Below, piece after piece: positions 18,123 through 27,953 of a DNA stretch of 64,000 nt. The translations under genes and the position numbers were made by a program. The number at the start of each line of letters is the position of its first letter. Within the stretch, counting starts at the first letter, position 1. Source of the stretch: Alphaproteobacteria bacterium (GTDB lineage Bacteria > Pseudomonadota > Alphaproteobacteria > Rs-D84); NCBI GenBank assembly GCA_024402765.1, contig JAKSTC010000004.1:541-64540 (forward strand), read 5' to 3'. The notes below the pieces were generated by a model. The model was not told the DNA's origin and did no database searches. It saw only the letters and a list, made by a program, of their open reading frames with translations.

Positions 18123-19448
18123 ATGATGAAAATAATTATTGCAGGTCGTCCGAATACGGGCAAATCAACATTGTTTAACGCATTAACAAATTCACGTGAT
18201 GCGCTGGTTCATGATCGTCCGGGGGTTACACGTGACACTATTTCTGGCAATTTTTATAATCGCCCATACCAATTGTTTGATACGGCGGGGCTGGAAAACG
18301 CAAAATCTGGTATAGCGGTGGATTCTACCCAGATGGCTTTTGATGCAATAGTGGGTGCAGATGCGATATTATTTGTTGTTGATGGACGCGTGGGTCTGAC
18401 ATCAGACGATATTAATTGGGCGAAAATTGTTCGTCGTAAAACCAAGGCACCTGTATTATTGCTTATAAATAAATCTGAATCAGAAAAAAGATTGGCGGAC
18501 ATAAACGATTTTTATAAATTGGGTTTTGGTGCGCCGATAATGATTTCTGCGGAACATAAGCGTGGTTTTGATGAAATCTACGAATTTCTGGATAAAATCG
18601 CGGGGACATCGTCAGAGGCAGAACAGCAACCCGATAATCGCTTGAAAATAGCGGTCTTGGGGCAACCTAATGTTGGCAAATCAACTTTTGTGAATCGTGT
18701 GTTGGGTGAAAAACGCCAGATTGTTAAGGATATGCCGGGTGTAACGCGCGATACGGTTAAAATACCAACACATTTTTATGGTCGTGATATTGTTTTGATG
18801 GATACGGCGGGTTTACGCCGTAAAGCGTCTGTAACAGACGATGTTGAAACGCTTTCCGCGCTGAAATCATTGGATGCAATTGATAAGGCTGATGTTGTTA
18901 TTTTAATGGTTGATGCAACCGGTAATATTGAAAATCAGGCATTGGGTATTGCCGCGCGTGTTTATGATGCCGGCAAGATTTTGTGTGTCGCGTTAAATAA
19001 ATGGGATTTGGTAGAGCCGGAAATCAGGGATGAAAAATTACTTAAATTAAAACACCAATTTGCGAATTCTTTTCACCAGATTATAAAGCCACTTATATTA
19101 GCAATATCTGCAGAAAATGGGACAGGTGTTCAAAATATGTTTAAACGCATTTATGAACAATGGGATATTTCAAATGCCCAGGTTCCAACCAGTTTGTTGA
19201 ATCGTATTGTTGAAAAATTAGTTCTCGATCGTCAGCCCCCCATGTCGCGTCTGAAACGTGTGATGAAGATAAAGTTTGCGCGTCAAACGGGTCGCCATCC
19301 AATGCGTATTTCAATCAATGTTGGTGGTGCATCTGATATTCCAGAATCTTATACGCGTTATCTGCGCCGCGGAATTGCAACCGCTTTAAAGTGGGAACAT
19401 TTGCCAATCGAAATTACATACGACAAATCAGAAAATCCATTTGATTAA
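18123..19448 (+). CDS. der: Ribosome biogenesis GTPase Der (EngA)
   Basis: Two G domains: GRPNTGKS/DTAG/NKSE and GQPNVGKS/DTAG/NKWD. Confidence 0.95.
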   Translation: MMKIIIAGRPNTGKSTLFNALTNSRDALVHDRPGVTRDTISGNFYNRPYQLFDTAGLENAKSGIAVDSTQMAFDAIVGADAILFVVDGRVGLTSDDINWAKIVRRKTKAPVLLLINKSESEKRLADINDFYKLGFGAPIMISAEHKRGFDEIYEFLDKIAGTSSEAEQQPDNRLKIAVLGQPNVGKSTFVNRVLGEKRQIVKDMPGVTRDTVKIPTHFYGRDIVLMDTAGLRRKASVTDDVETLSALKSLDAIDKADVVILMVDATGNIENQALGIAARVYDAGKILCVALNKWDLVEPEIRDEKLLKLKHQFANSFHQIIKPLILAISAENGTGVQNMFKRIYEQWDISNAQVPTSLLNRIVEKLVLDRQPPMSRLKRVMKIKFARQTGRHPMRISINVGGASDIPESYTRYLRRGIATALKWEHLPIEITYDKSENPFD

Positions 19449-19450
19449 AT

Positions 19451-19473
19451 AAAACCGCCATAGGGCGGTTTTT
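19451..19473. terminator. Bidirectional terminator between der and the lpoB-like gene
   Basis: aaaaccgcc-atag-ggcggttttt. Confidence 0.8.
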
Positions 19474-19478
19474 GTTTT

Positions 19479-20084
19479 TTACCAATTTGGGGCGTCTGTC
19501 CCTGTTTTCAGGATCGGTTGTTCGTCTTCCCAAACAGATAGACCTGTTTTCAAATCAGTTAATGTTAATTGCAAATAATATTCAACACGTGTATCTACGC
19601 GGGAAAACCAACCCGAATCAATATCCAGATTTCTTTGAATCATTTTACCCGACAGCGACATATTGGGGGCGACTAATGTTCCCTTGCTCACAAAAGTTGA
19701 TTGGTCGTATTCGGAATTTCCGCGTGTGTTTCGTACTGTGTTTGATGTGGTGTCTTCGCCAATAAAGTTTGTTGCAATTTGTGCGTGACCTGAATTGACA
19801 ATCGTTGTGCGAATTTTTTTAATCAATATATCACTATCAATACGTTGCATAGTATCGTTTTTGATATCAGATACAGCAATTACAGGATTTTTAACTTTGG
19901 CAAATGCGCCACTTTTTAACATAGAATCTGTCATATGTTCTGCGGTTTTAACCCAGTCACGATATTCCAGTTGCATGGTGTTTTTCATCTCACTCACTTG
20001 TTCGGCATTATTGGTGTCAATAACCGTTGTGCCACCACATGCAGCCAATGTTGTACATAAAACAATTGGTAATATTTTTTTCAT
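19479..20084 (-). CDS. LpoB-like lipoprotein (PBP activator family)
   Basis: Lipobox LAAC; VSDIKNDT.QRID; EYYLQLTLTDLKTGLSVWEDE. Confidence 0.75.
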   Translation of the reverse strand: MKKILPIVLCTTLAACGGTTVIDTNNAEQVSEMKNTMQLEYRDWVKTAEHMTDSMLKSGAFAKVKNPVIAVSDIKNDTMQRIDSDILIKKIRTTIVNSGHAQIATNFIGEDTTSNTVRNTRGNSEYDQSTFVSKGTLVAPNMSLSGKMIQRNLDIDSGWFSRVDTRVEYYLQLTLTDLKTGLSVWEDEQPILKTGTDAPNW

Positions 20085-20094
20085 TTTTTCTCCT

Positions 20095-21324
20095 TTATAA
20101 TTTAAAAGTATGTATAACCGGGATGCCATTTGTTAACCTGAGATAGATTAAATAATTGCCGTCCCCCAGTTGTTTGATTTTTTCTTTCAGATTATCATCC
20201 AAATTCATTTCAATCAAGTCGCTTTTTGTCCCACGCAGAACAGATATGTATTCTGGCAATGTTGCCCATGTGCGAATTTCTGCATTGTTTGTCGCAAGTG
20301 AATATACCGTAGAGGTTAAACCCAACCAAGGCGCAGCATCAGATTTTGAATTATATAAACTCCCCTGCAATACCGCGCGTGCACCAGCGGACACCAAATC
20401 ACGCATGGTATTGTTTATTTGATATTCATTAAACTCTGTCATGAACATTGCATTAACATCTGCTACGGGTGTAAAAAGTGTGGGCGAATTATTAAAATAC
20501 GGCACTGCGATTGATATAGGGACCAAAATTAAATGGTCACCTGTAAACCAAGGCAAGGTTATTTGTTTTTGATACAGGGATGGTGCAAAACCGTATTCAA
20601 TAAATATCCATACGGTGTTTTTCGGTTTTTCTTTATTGTTTGCGTATTTTAAATCTGCATTAACATATTTGTTATTGTTTGTCATTCCTGATGTGCGGGT
20701 CAGGTATAATTGCGCATCACTATAATCCCCAGAATTTAAAAACCATATTCCCGATAAATACATTAATGCAGGATTCATAATATCGCTATACGCAGCCCAC
20801 TGGGCATTCTGGGCATTTAGTTCAGATACAATATCTGGATTTTTCTGGTTGTTTTTTAGCAAACCTTTATATACACGTCCCATTTTTTGTTGATTATTAT
20901 ACGCCTGGTTTATTATGACCCGAACATCAGATTTGCGCCCTGCCCCAATTGCATCCCATATTTGATAATAAGACACAAACAGCGAATCCATCATATATGG
21001 CTTATATTCGACCGCTAAATTACCGCCAACAAGGATTTCTGCTTCGCGGGATAGTGATGTGCCGGTAAAATCAAAATCGCGTCTGCGCCAGGTTTCAAAT
21101 GCTTTATCGCTATTATTAAAATCGCCCGCCTGAAATAAAGCCAGCCCAGATATAAGCAGTTCCAAACTATCTTGTTTTTCAATTGGTTGATTATTTGCAA
21201 AAGATTCGGCAGATTGAACAAATGTATCAGGCTGAAAATCATTACGCAGGGTGTTTAATTTTGTCTGCATAACACTACTGCATGCGGTTAAAGTTAGCAT
21301 AAAAATCCCCAGAAATTTTTTCAT
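20095..21324 (-). CDS. COG3014-like TPR lipoprotein
   Basis: Lipobox LTAC; FIEYGFAP; AEIRTWATLP. This family is typically adjacent to LpoB-like genes. Confidence 0.7.
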   Translation of the reverse strand: MKKFLGIFMLTLTACSSVMQTKLNTLRNDFQPDTFVQSAESFANNQPIEKQDSLELLISGLALFQAGDFNNSDKAFETWRRRDFDFTGTSLSREAEILVGGNLAVEYKPYMMDSLFVSYYQIWDAIGAGRKSDVRVIINQAYNNQQKMGRVYKGLLKNNQKNPDIVSELNAQNAQWAAYSDIMNPALMYLSGIWFLNSGDYSDAQLYLTRTSGMTNNNKYVNADLKYANNKEKPKNTVWIFIEYGFAPSLYQKQITLPWFTGDHLILVPISIAVPYFNNSPTLFTPVADVNAMFMTEFNEYQINNTMRDLVSAGARAVLQGSLYNSKSDAAPWLGLTSTVYSLATNNAEIRTWATLPEYISVLRGTKSDLIEMNLDDNLKEKIKQLGDGNYLIYLRLTNGIPVIHTFKL

Positions 21325-21369
21325 AAAGGCATTATATGCACAAAAAGCAATATGGGCAATATGATTATT

Positions 21370-23604
21370 TTACAGTTCTTTAACTGTATTTGTTTCTTTG
21401 TCGTAAACGCGCGGTTTCCCAGCATAGCCCAATGCCTTATGATGCGATGGAATTAAAAATTCTGGCATAGGCAGCGATTCGCCCATCGCCCTATATTTTA
21501 ATAATCTTTCATCTTTAAAAGCGAAATGTTTTTCAGCCTCAATCGGTCTGTGATACCAACCTTGGAATATAACCAGTTGTTTATCATCGGCCAGTTTCAT
21601 AATGTCCATTGGGCTGTAAAGTAATTTTTCTTTGGTTTCTTCAGTTTCTTTGCCGTCTTTTTCTTTCTTTTCTTTTTTGATTTCGTTGCCCATCATATCT
21701 GAAAATCTTTTGGCGGTATCTGGATCATTTTGACGCATAACAATTTTTGCAGCGGTCGTTGATATAATGGTTGCGGCGGCGTCTGCCCCGTATTTTTCTT
21801 GAATCTGGTGAATATCCTGACCAATAATCAGGTAAGAAATCTGTTGTCCGCGTCCTAAATCGGGACCCTGGATAACCGCCTGTAATTTTGCCATTTTGGG
21901 CATTTCGTCCAATACAAACAAAACAGGATAGGGTCCCATTTTTTGACCGCTTATGTTCACAGATTCTGGTGCATTTGCGAGCAAGAAATTAGACATTAAT
22001 TCAATAAAAATACCAGTAATTGGGTTTAAGGCCTGGGCATCAACCATATTGATTGATAAATAAACTGTAACCGGTTTAATCTTGCCGTCCTTTGGGTCAA
22101 CCATTCCGCGCAGGTCTGCAAAGTGAAAATCCGAATGACTGGTTCTGTTGCGCACCGCAGAATTACGGAAAATACTTAACCCTTCCATAATCGTTGACAG
22201 AATAGATCCACGTTCCTTGTCCGGTGTATTTGCCAACTGGGTTAATTCCAAAATACATCTGTGTGCGTATGCAAATTGACGCGCTTCGTTAACCGCCGCC
22301 TCTAAAACGTCTTTCATTGGGTCCGCCAGTGCCACCATTTGATCACCGGCACGCCTGCGTTGTTCCATTTCTTCGGCATTGGCAAGTTGCGCTGCATTCA
22401 ACCAATCAAGAATCATGGACAAGCATGCCTCGTGCCCTATCCATGATTGTGGTATTTTATCCCATGTTCCAATATGAACATAGTTCATTGCATTTAATTC
22501 ACCGCGTTGTAATAAACCCAATGCTGCATACGCATTTGGATCGTTCATCATGGTCATATAATAATCAGCCAAAACATTACCATCTTCGGCATTAAATTCC
22601 CCAGATTGCAGGCGTCCATAAAAATAATCGTCTGCCTTGGCACGTTCCACCTTGGACACTATAAATTGTATAAATCCTGATAACCCAGCACGCCCAGATA
22701 TTGACCAGTGTGGATCAGCAGATGAAGATGCATGGTCTGGCACTAACACATTGCACATAGAATCAATATACAAATCGCGTTGTTCTGGGCTATATGGCAC
22801 ATGCTCGGGTGATAGTGGGTTCCACGACGGGTAATAGATTCCACGCTGTGGGTCATCCTGACCCGCCCAGTTCATAATAAATACTGGCCCAACTGTTGCA
22901 CGATACCCAGATGTTTTTTGTTTTAATTCAGGTTTCGGGTCATTGATAATCATTGAAACATTATTACAATCACAAATTGTTGGAATAACAACACCTTCGG
23001 TTTTTCCGGTTCCCGGGGGGGCAACACACAGGACCGATAAACATTCATCCATCATTAATGGCTTGGTTTTACCCTTGTCTTTGAAATAACCCAACACCAT
23101 CATAAAGCCAGAGAATAATCCTTCTTTGCTTTTTCCCATTTTTTTGATATCTTCGGCGGTTGCCTTGCGTGAAGATTTTTCATCAAATTTATCCTTGCCA
23201 TATGGATTAAATTCCTTGGTCAATGTTTTGTCAGATAGAAAGAAATACGCAATAAATGGTAATATCGGCAAAACACACATTATATCAGGCCTGGTTATGC
23301 AACGTATAATCCACGATGGAAATTCAGCAAGTATAGACAAACCAAAACTGCGGAAAAGAGATGAAAAATATAATCCGCACCAATGTGATGTGGCGGGTGA
23401 CCAACCATACCGCCAAATATGTTCCACGACAAAGGCAAGTGCAACTGCAATAGCACATGAAATCCAAATTGCAATATTCCAACGCATAACCCAAAATAGT
23501 TGTGCCATTGGACCACGTTCGTGTTCCTTATACGCACTGGACTTGAATATGTCCAGTCCTTTACCTTTGCCACTTGCGGATAAAATCTTGATTTTTTCTA
23601 CCAT
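21370..23604 (-). CDS. VirD4/TraG-family type IV coupling protein
   Basis: N-terminal TM helices, Walker A APPGTGKT, INDPKPEL, Walker B VLDEMP, QIQEKYG. Confidence 0.9.
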   Translation of the reverse strand: MVEKIKILSASGKGKGLDIFKSSAYKEHERGPMAQLFWVMRWNIAIWISCAIAVALAFVVEHIWRYGWSPATSHWCGLYFSSLFRSFGLSILAEFPSWIIRCITRPDIMCVLPILPFIAYFFLSDKTLTKEFNPYGKDKFDEKSSRKATAEDIKKMGKSKEGLFSGFMMVLGYFKDKGKTKPLMMDECLSVLCVAPPGTGKTEGVVIPTICDCNNVSMIINDPKPELKQKTSGYRATVGPVFIMNWAGQDDPQRGIYYPSWNPLSPEHVPYSPEQRDLYIDSMCNVLVPDHASSSADPHWSISGRAGLSGFIQFIVSKVERAKADDYFYGRLQSGEFNAEDGNVLADYYMTMMNDPNAYAALGLLQRGELNAMNYVHIGTWDKIPQSWIGHEACLSMILDWLNAAQLANAEEMEQRRRAGDQMVALADPMKDVLEAAVNEARQFAYAHRCILELTQLANTPDKERGSILSTIMEGLSIFRNSAVRNRTSHSDFHFADLRGMVDPKDGKIKPVTVYLSINMVDAQALNPITGIFIELMSNFLLANAPESVNISGQKMGPYPVLFVLDEMPKMAKLQAVIQGPDLGRGQQISYLIIGQDIHQIQEKYGADAAATIISTTAAKIVMRQNDPDTAKRFSDMMGNEIKKEKKEKDGKETEETKEKLLYSPMDIMKLADDKQLVIFQGWYHRPIEAEKHFAFKDERLLKYRAMGESLPMPEFLIPSHHKALGYAGKPRVYDKETNTVKEL

Positions 23605-23660
23605 GATAAGTATTATTATATCAGATTTTTTGTTAATGATAAATCAGGAATTTTAATAAA

Positions 23661-24317
23661 ATGAAAAATATTCCAAGAATTTTTTTAGATACAGAATTAA
23701 AAGATGGTATTCAAATACCGCTTTTGCGTGAAATCTCGCACTATTTGGCACATGTTATGCGAACAAAAAATTGTTTGGTGTTTAATGATGGGCTTGAATT
23801 TTCTGCAACTGTTTCTGATGACGGTAAATTTTTAAATGTCGGAAACAAAACAAACCATATGGACCCCAGTGGTGATATTACCCTATTCTTTGCGCCAATT
23901 AAAAAGACCGATGATATGTTAAATATGGCAACACAGTTGGGCGTAAAACAATTTGTCCCTGTTATGACTGAACGCACTGTTATGAATCATATTAATTGGG
24001 AAAGGATGAAGAAAATAGTGATAGAGGCGTCCGAACAATCAAACAGAAACAGTGTTCCAACAATTTTGTCACCAATTAAATTTGAACAGTTGCCTTTCCC
24101 TGGTTTGATATTTGCGGATGAACGCGCGGCATACGGTGCAGAATTGCCAACAATAATTACAGATGCCAAAAATATTCTTGTTGGACCAGAGGGGGGATTT
24201 TCTGATGCAGAATTTAAAGTCTTGGATAAAAATGGTGCACGCGGAATATCCCTGGGTAAAACTATTTTACGGGCAGAATTGGCGGCGCCAATCGCAATTG
24301 CGCGGGTTATGAAATGA
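23661..24317 (+). CDS. rsmE: 16S rRNA m3U1498 methyltransferase
   Basis: HYLAHVMR, EASEQS, VGPEGGFS, LGKTILRAE. Confidence 0.92.
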   Translation: MKNIPRIFLDTELKDGIQIPLLREISHYLAHVMRTKNCLVFNDGLEFSATVSDDGKFLNVGNKTNHMDPSGDITLFFAPIKKTDDMLNMATQLGVKQFVPVMTERTVMNHINWERMKKIVIEASEQSNRNSVPTILSPIKFEQLPFPGLIFADERAAYGAELPTIITDAKNILVGPEGGFSDAEFKVLDKNGARGISLGKTILRAELAAPIAIARVMK

Positions 24318-25009
24318 AGGTAAGAATCGCAAAATTTTTATCACAAATGTCCATCGCTTCACGCAGGGGTGCGGAACAAATGATTGGCCAAGGGCGCATT
24401 TCTGTGAACGGAACGATAATTGACACACCTGCAACATTTGTTGATGATACGGATATTGTATGTGTTGACGGCAAACCAATTTCACAAAAACAAGAAGCGT
24501 TTGTTTACGCATTTCATAAACCAATAAACACAATGACAACACGCAGTGACCCAATGGGTCGCAAAACAATTTATGATTATTTGCCGAATGAATACAAAAA
24601 TTTAAAGTACATTGGGCGTCTGGATTATAAAACCACGGGTTTGTTGTTATTAACCAATGATGGTGATATTGCGCGTAAATTAACCCTGCCGTCATCAAAT
24701 ATTGAACGCACATATATCGCAACAACAAATGGTAATATGAAAAATTTAGATTTGGCACGTAATGGCATTACCGTTGATGGAATAAAATATCGCCCCATGA
24801 AAATAGATATTATTGATAAGAATAAAATCATGGTTACAACTATAGAGGGTAAAAAGAATGAAATCCGTATTGTGCTTCGTGCGTGTGGTGCGCCTGTGCG
24901 TGAATTACACCGCATTAAATATGGCAACATAGAATTGGGAAATTTAGGTGTTGGAAAAATTAAAAAAATTGATAAGAAAACAATTGACCTGATGTTAAAA
25001 AAAATCTAA
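24314..25009 (+). CDS. rRNA pseudouridine synthase, RsuA/RluB family
   Basis: S4 domain (RIAKFLS...SRR), GRLDYKTTGLLLLTNDG. Confidence 0.92.
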   Translation: MKVRIAKFLSQMSIASRRGAEQMIGQGRISVNGTIIDTPATFVDDTDIVCVDGKPISQKQEAFVYAFHKPINTMTTRSDPMGRKTIYDYLPNEYKNLKYIGRLDYKTTGLLLLTNDGDIARKLTLPSSNIERTYIATTNGNMKNLDLARNGITVDGIKYRPMKIDIIDKNKIMVTTIEGKKNEIRIVLRACGAPVRELHRIKYGNIELGNLGVGKIKKIDKKTIDLMLKKI

Positions 25010-25039
25010 ACTCATATCATAGGTAAGAGGGAGATTTTT

Positions 25040-26020
25040 ATGCAAACAAAGAAAACCAAGGCAAAAAACACAAAAAAGATTAAGCCAGCACCAATAAAAT
25101 CAAGGGCTGTGGCGTATAAACCGACAAAGCAATCTTGGGGTGGTGCGATTTATATTTATTGGTTGATAATTTTATTCTTTATTGCTGCAACATTTTATAT
25201 TTTGGGTCGCACACATCCAACAGAAGTTAAACAAAAAACAAATACTGTTGCCGAAGAAGCATTGTTGACATCTGATGATTATTTTGATGCGGCAAAATCA
25301 AGTTTGATTTCAGGCGATATTGATTCCGCTATTGCAAGTTTTACAACCGCAATCGAAGACGGAAATACTGCAGCATACACATTGCGTGGTGAGGCTTATT
25401 TACAAGCAGGTGATTTAGCAAAAGCATTGGATGATTTTAATACTGCGATTGCGTATGATGGAACAAACGCTGTTGCGTATTATGATCGTGCGTTGTTAAG
25501 TATGCGCCTCGAAGACTATAATGCGGCATTAAATGATATAAACAATGCGTTGGCATTGGCGGCAACAAATGAAACAATATTACAACAGCGCGATTTGTAC
25601 GCAAAACGCGGTCAGTTGAATTTGTGGTTAAAGAATTGGGAAGGTGCTATTGCAGATTATACAAATTCTTTGGCGCGTCCCGAAGGTATTGTTTCACCAA
25701 ATGTATATGCAGAACGCGCAGAGGCTTATACCGCCCTTGGCAATTACGCAGATGCTATAACAGATTATTCTTCGGCTGTTCGTGTCATTTCAGAACAGAT
25801 TCAAACTGTGGCAACAATGGAAGAACGCGAAGCGTTTGCAGCTGATGCGATGGGGTATTTTGAAAAGTCTGCTGCATTAAATGTTAATCTGGGGAATGCT
25901 GAGGCTGCTATTAGTGACCTGGGGGCTGCACTTACGATTGCATCAAAGTTAAATGACGAGGAAACAGTTTTGCGTCTTCAGACTTTGATTACAGGTTTAC
26001 AAACGAATGATAATAATTAA
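25040..26020 (+). CDS. Membrane-anchored TPR protein
   Basis: One TM helix, then TPR repeats (AYTLRGEAY...ALDDFNTAI). Confidence 0.85.
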   Translation: MQTKKTKAKNTKKIKPAPIKSRAVAYKPTKQSWGGAIYIYWLIILFFIAATFYILGRTHPTEVKQKTNTVAEEALLTSDDYFDAAKSSLISGDIDSAIASFTTAIEDGNTAAYTLRGEAYLQAGDLAKALDDFNTAIAYDGTNAVAYYDRALLSMRLEDYNAALNDINNALALAATNETILQQRDLYAKRGQLNLWLKNWEGAIADYTNSLARPEGIVSPNVYAERAEAYTALGNYADAITDYSSAVRVISEQIQTVATMEEREAFAADAMGYFEKSAALNVNLGNAEAAISDLGAALTIASKLNDEETVLRLQTLITGLQTNDNN

Positions 26021-26022
26021 AT

Positions 26023-26050
26023 AAAAAAACGCCCATTGGGGCGTTTTTTT
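26023..26050. terminator. Bidirectional terminator
   Basis: A7-cgccc-attg-gggcg-T tract. Confidence 0.75.
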
Positions 26051-26600
26051 ATTGTTTCGTAGGCGCAATAATCATAGATTTTGTTCTGTCGTCTGGTTTG
26101 GATTTTGTTTCAACGGTTCCATTGTCCCCGATAATTTCAAGAATATGTGCAAACAGTTCTGGAACAGCATCTTTCCCACGAGCCAATACTTTTTTTGAAC
26201 CTTTGGTCATAACGGTAATTTTTACTTTGTTGCCCTGCCCTAAGAATTCAAAAACTTTTTTCATTTTGATGTTTAAATCGTTGCCTTCAATAAAGGGTTT
26301 TATCCAAACTTCGCGCAACTCAGTTGTTTTTTGATTTTTTTTCGATTCTGCTGCATGTTTTTTTTGTTCGTACTTAAACTTGCCATAGTCCATAATTTTT
26401 ACAATTGGCACTGCATTTGAATTGTTTATTTCAACCAAATCAAGACCTTCGTCTGTTGCCATCGACAATGCTTCAGATAAAGGAATTATTCCAAGATTTT
26501 GACCAGAATTGTTAATTACTTGAACAGTTTTTGCAAATATGTGTTCATTTATACGTGGACCGGTATCACGGTGATTATCACGATTAAAAGTCTGTTTAAT
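26049..26600 (-). CDS. infC: Translation initiation factor IF-3 (ATT start)
   Basis: RINEHI, GLDLVEI, KIMDYGKFKYE. AGGAG lies 6 nt upstream of an in-frame ATT at 26600. Confidence 0.92.
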   Translation of the reverse strand: MKQTFNRDNHRDTGPRINEHIFAKTVQVINNSGQNLGIIPLSEALSMATDEGLDLVEINNSNAVPIVKIMDYGKFKYEQKKHAAESKKNQKTTELREVWIKPFIEGNDLNIKMKKVFEFLGQGNKVKITVMTKGSKKVLARGKDAVPELFAHILEIIGDNGTVETKSKPDDRTKSMIIAPTKQ

Positions 26601-26646
26601 AATAGGCTCCTTTGTATTACCTGATGCCCATTATTAATTATTTTTC

Positions 26647-27384
26647 TTATATTTTCAACAATTTTTGCAACTCTTGCAGCGCATCCCATACTTCGCGTTT
26701 TGATAGTGGTTTTAAAATCATGTAATTGGGGTGATAGATTGGTAATATGTTTATTCCTCCCGACATTTCGGAAATTTTACCACAAGCTTTAGCAAGGGGT
26801 TGCCCTAATATTTCTTTGGTTGCTAAATCGCCAAGTGTTAAAATGAATTTTGGGTTAATAAAATCTACCAATCTGTTCACAAATGGACGTGCTAAATCAA
26901 GTTCTTCGCGCACAGGTGTTCGCCCTCCAGGTGTTCGCCAAAACAACAATGGCACAATATGAACATTGTCGCGACCCATACCAATAGCATTTAGCATTTT
27001 ATCCAGCAATTCGCCTGTGGCACCAGATAATATGTTCCCAGTTGCGTCATCGTCTGATCCCGGGATATCTGTAATAATTAATATACCGTTTGGGGCTTTC
27101 GCAATATGCGGCAAAACAACATTTGTTGCACCTGCCCGCAGAGGGTGATTAAATTCACCAATCATACGAATCAGAACGTGTATATCGGCTGGACGCATCG
27201 CCATTGCAGATACTGTTTCCACAGATAGTGGGGCCACAGGGGCAATTGTTGGAACAATGGTGGTCGCTGTTCGATTTTGTTTTGTTTGTAGTTTTTGGGT
27301 GGTTTGAATTGCGATATTAGGTTCCTCTAATATTTCCCACTTTACCCCCGATAAATCTAAATCTATAAGATTATTTTCAGACAA
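26647..27384 (-). CDS. Uracil-DNA glycosylase family 4-like protein (degenerate motifs)
   Basis: GELLDKMLNAIG, WRTPGGRTP, ILTLG, PIYHP. TTG start with AAGGA RBS. Confidence 0.8.
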   Translation of the reverse strand: MSENNLIDLDLSGVKWEILEEPNIAIQTTQKLQTKQNRTATTIVPTIAPVAPLSVETVSAMAMRPADIHVLIRMIGEFNHPLRAGATNVVLPHIAKAPNGILIITDIPGSDDDATGNILSGATGELLDKMLNAIGMGRDNVHIVPLLFWRTPGGRTPVREELDLARPFVNRLVDFINPKFILTLGDLATKEILGQPLAKACGKISEMSGGINILPIYHPNYMILKPLSKREVWDALQELQKLLKI

Positions 27385-27461
27385 TTTTGTTTTTCCTTGA
27401 TTTTGCACTATTTTTATTATACAATACTAGCTGAGCAACAAAAACTCAAGGGAGTATTTTC

Positions 27462-27878
27462 ATGAAAATAAAAAACATTGCTTTGTTGGCGGGTACCGCT
27501 GGAATTTTGGCTGCGTGCTGTGGTTCAAGTGTTGTAGAACCTGCTGATTTAAACGAACAACGTGTATTTTTTGCGTTTAATTCCTCTGAAATTTCAGAAG
27601 ATGCAGAAAACAACTTGTTGGGCCAATCTTTGTATATGAAACACCACGAAGGTGTAAAAATCCAAATCGCGGGTAACTGCGACGAACGTGGTTCTTCGGA
27701 ATACAACTTGGCATTGGGTGCACGTCGTGCAAATGCAGCAAAATCTGTATTGGTCAAAGACGGCATTTCTGCAAAACGTATTTCTACAATTTCATACGGT
27801 AAAGAACGTCCTTTGAAACAGGGTTCTGGTGAATCTGTATGGAAATGGAATCGTAACGCAACAACAACTGTTAAATAA
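27462..27878 (+). CDS. pal: Peptidoglycan-associated lipoprotein
   Basis: Lipobox LAAC; GNCDERGSSEYNLALGARRA; ISYGKERP. Confidence 0.92.
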   Translation: MKIKNIALLAGTAGILAACCGSSVVEPADLNEQRVFFAFNSSEISEDAENNLLGQSLYMKHHEGVKIQIAGNCDERGSSEYNLALGARRANAAKSVLVKDGISAKRISTISYGKERPLKQGSGESVWKWNRNATTTVK

Positions 27879-27900
27879 TAGTTCGTTTTGTGAAAAAATT

Positions 27901-27925
27901 AACACCGGCATTTGCCGGTGTTTTT
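27901..27925 (+). terminator. Terminator between pal and parB
   Basis: aacaccggc-attt-gccggtgtt followed by T tract. Confidence 0.8.
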
Positions 27926-27953
27926 ATATTTTTTATTCAAAAAAGCCGGGAAA

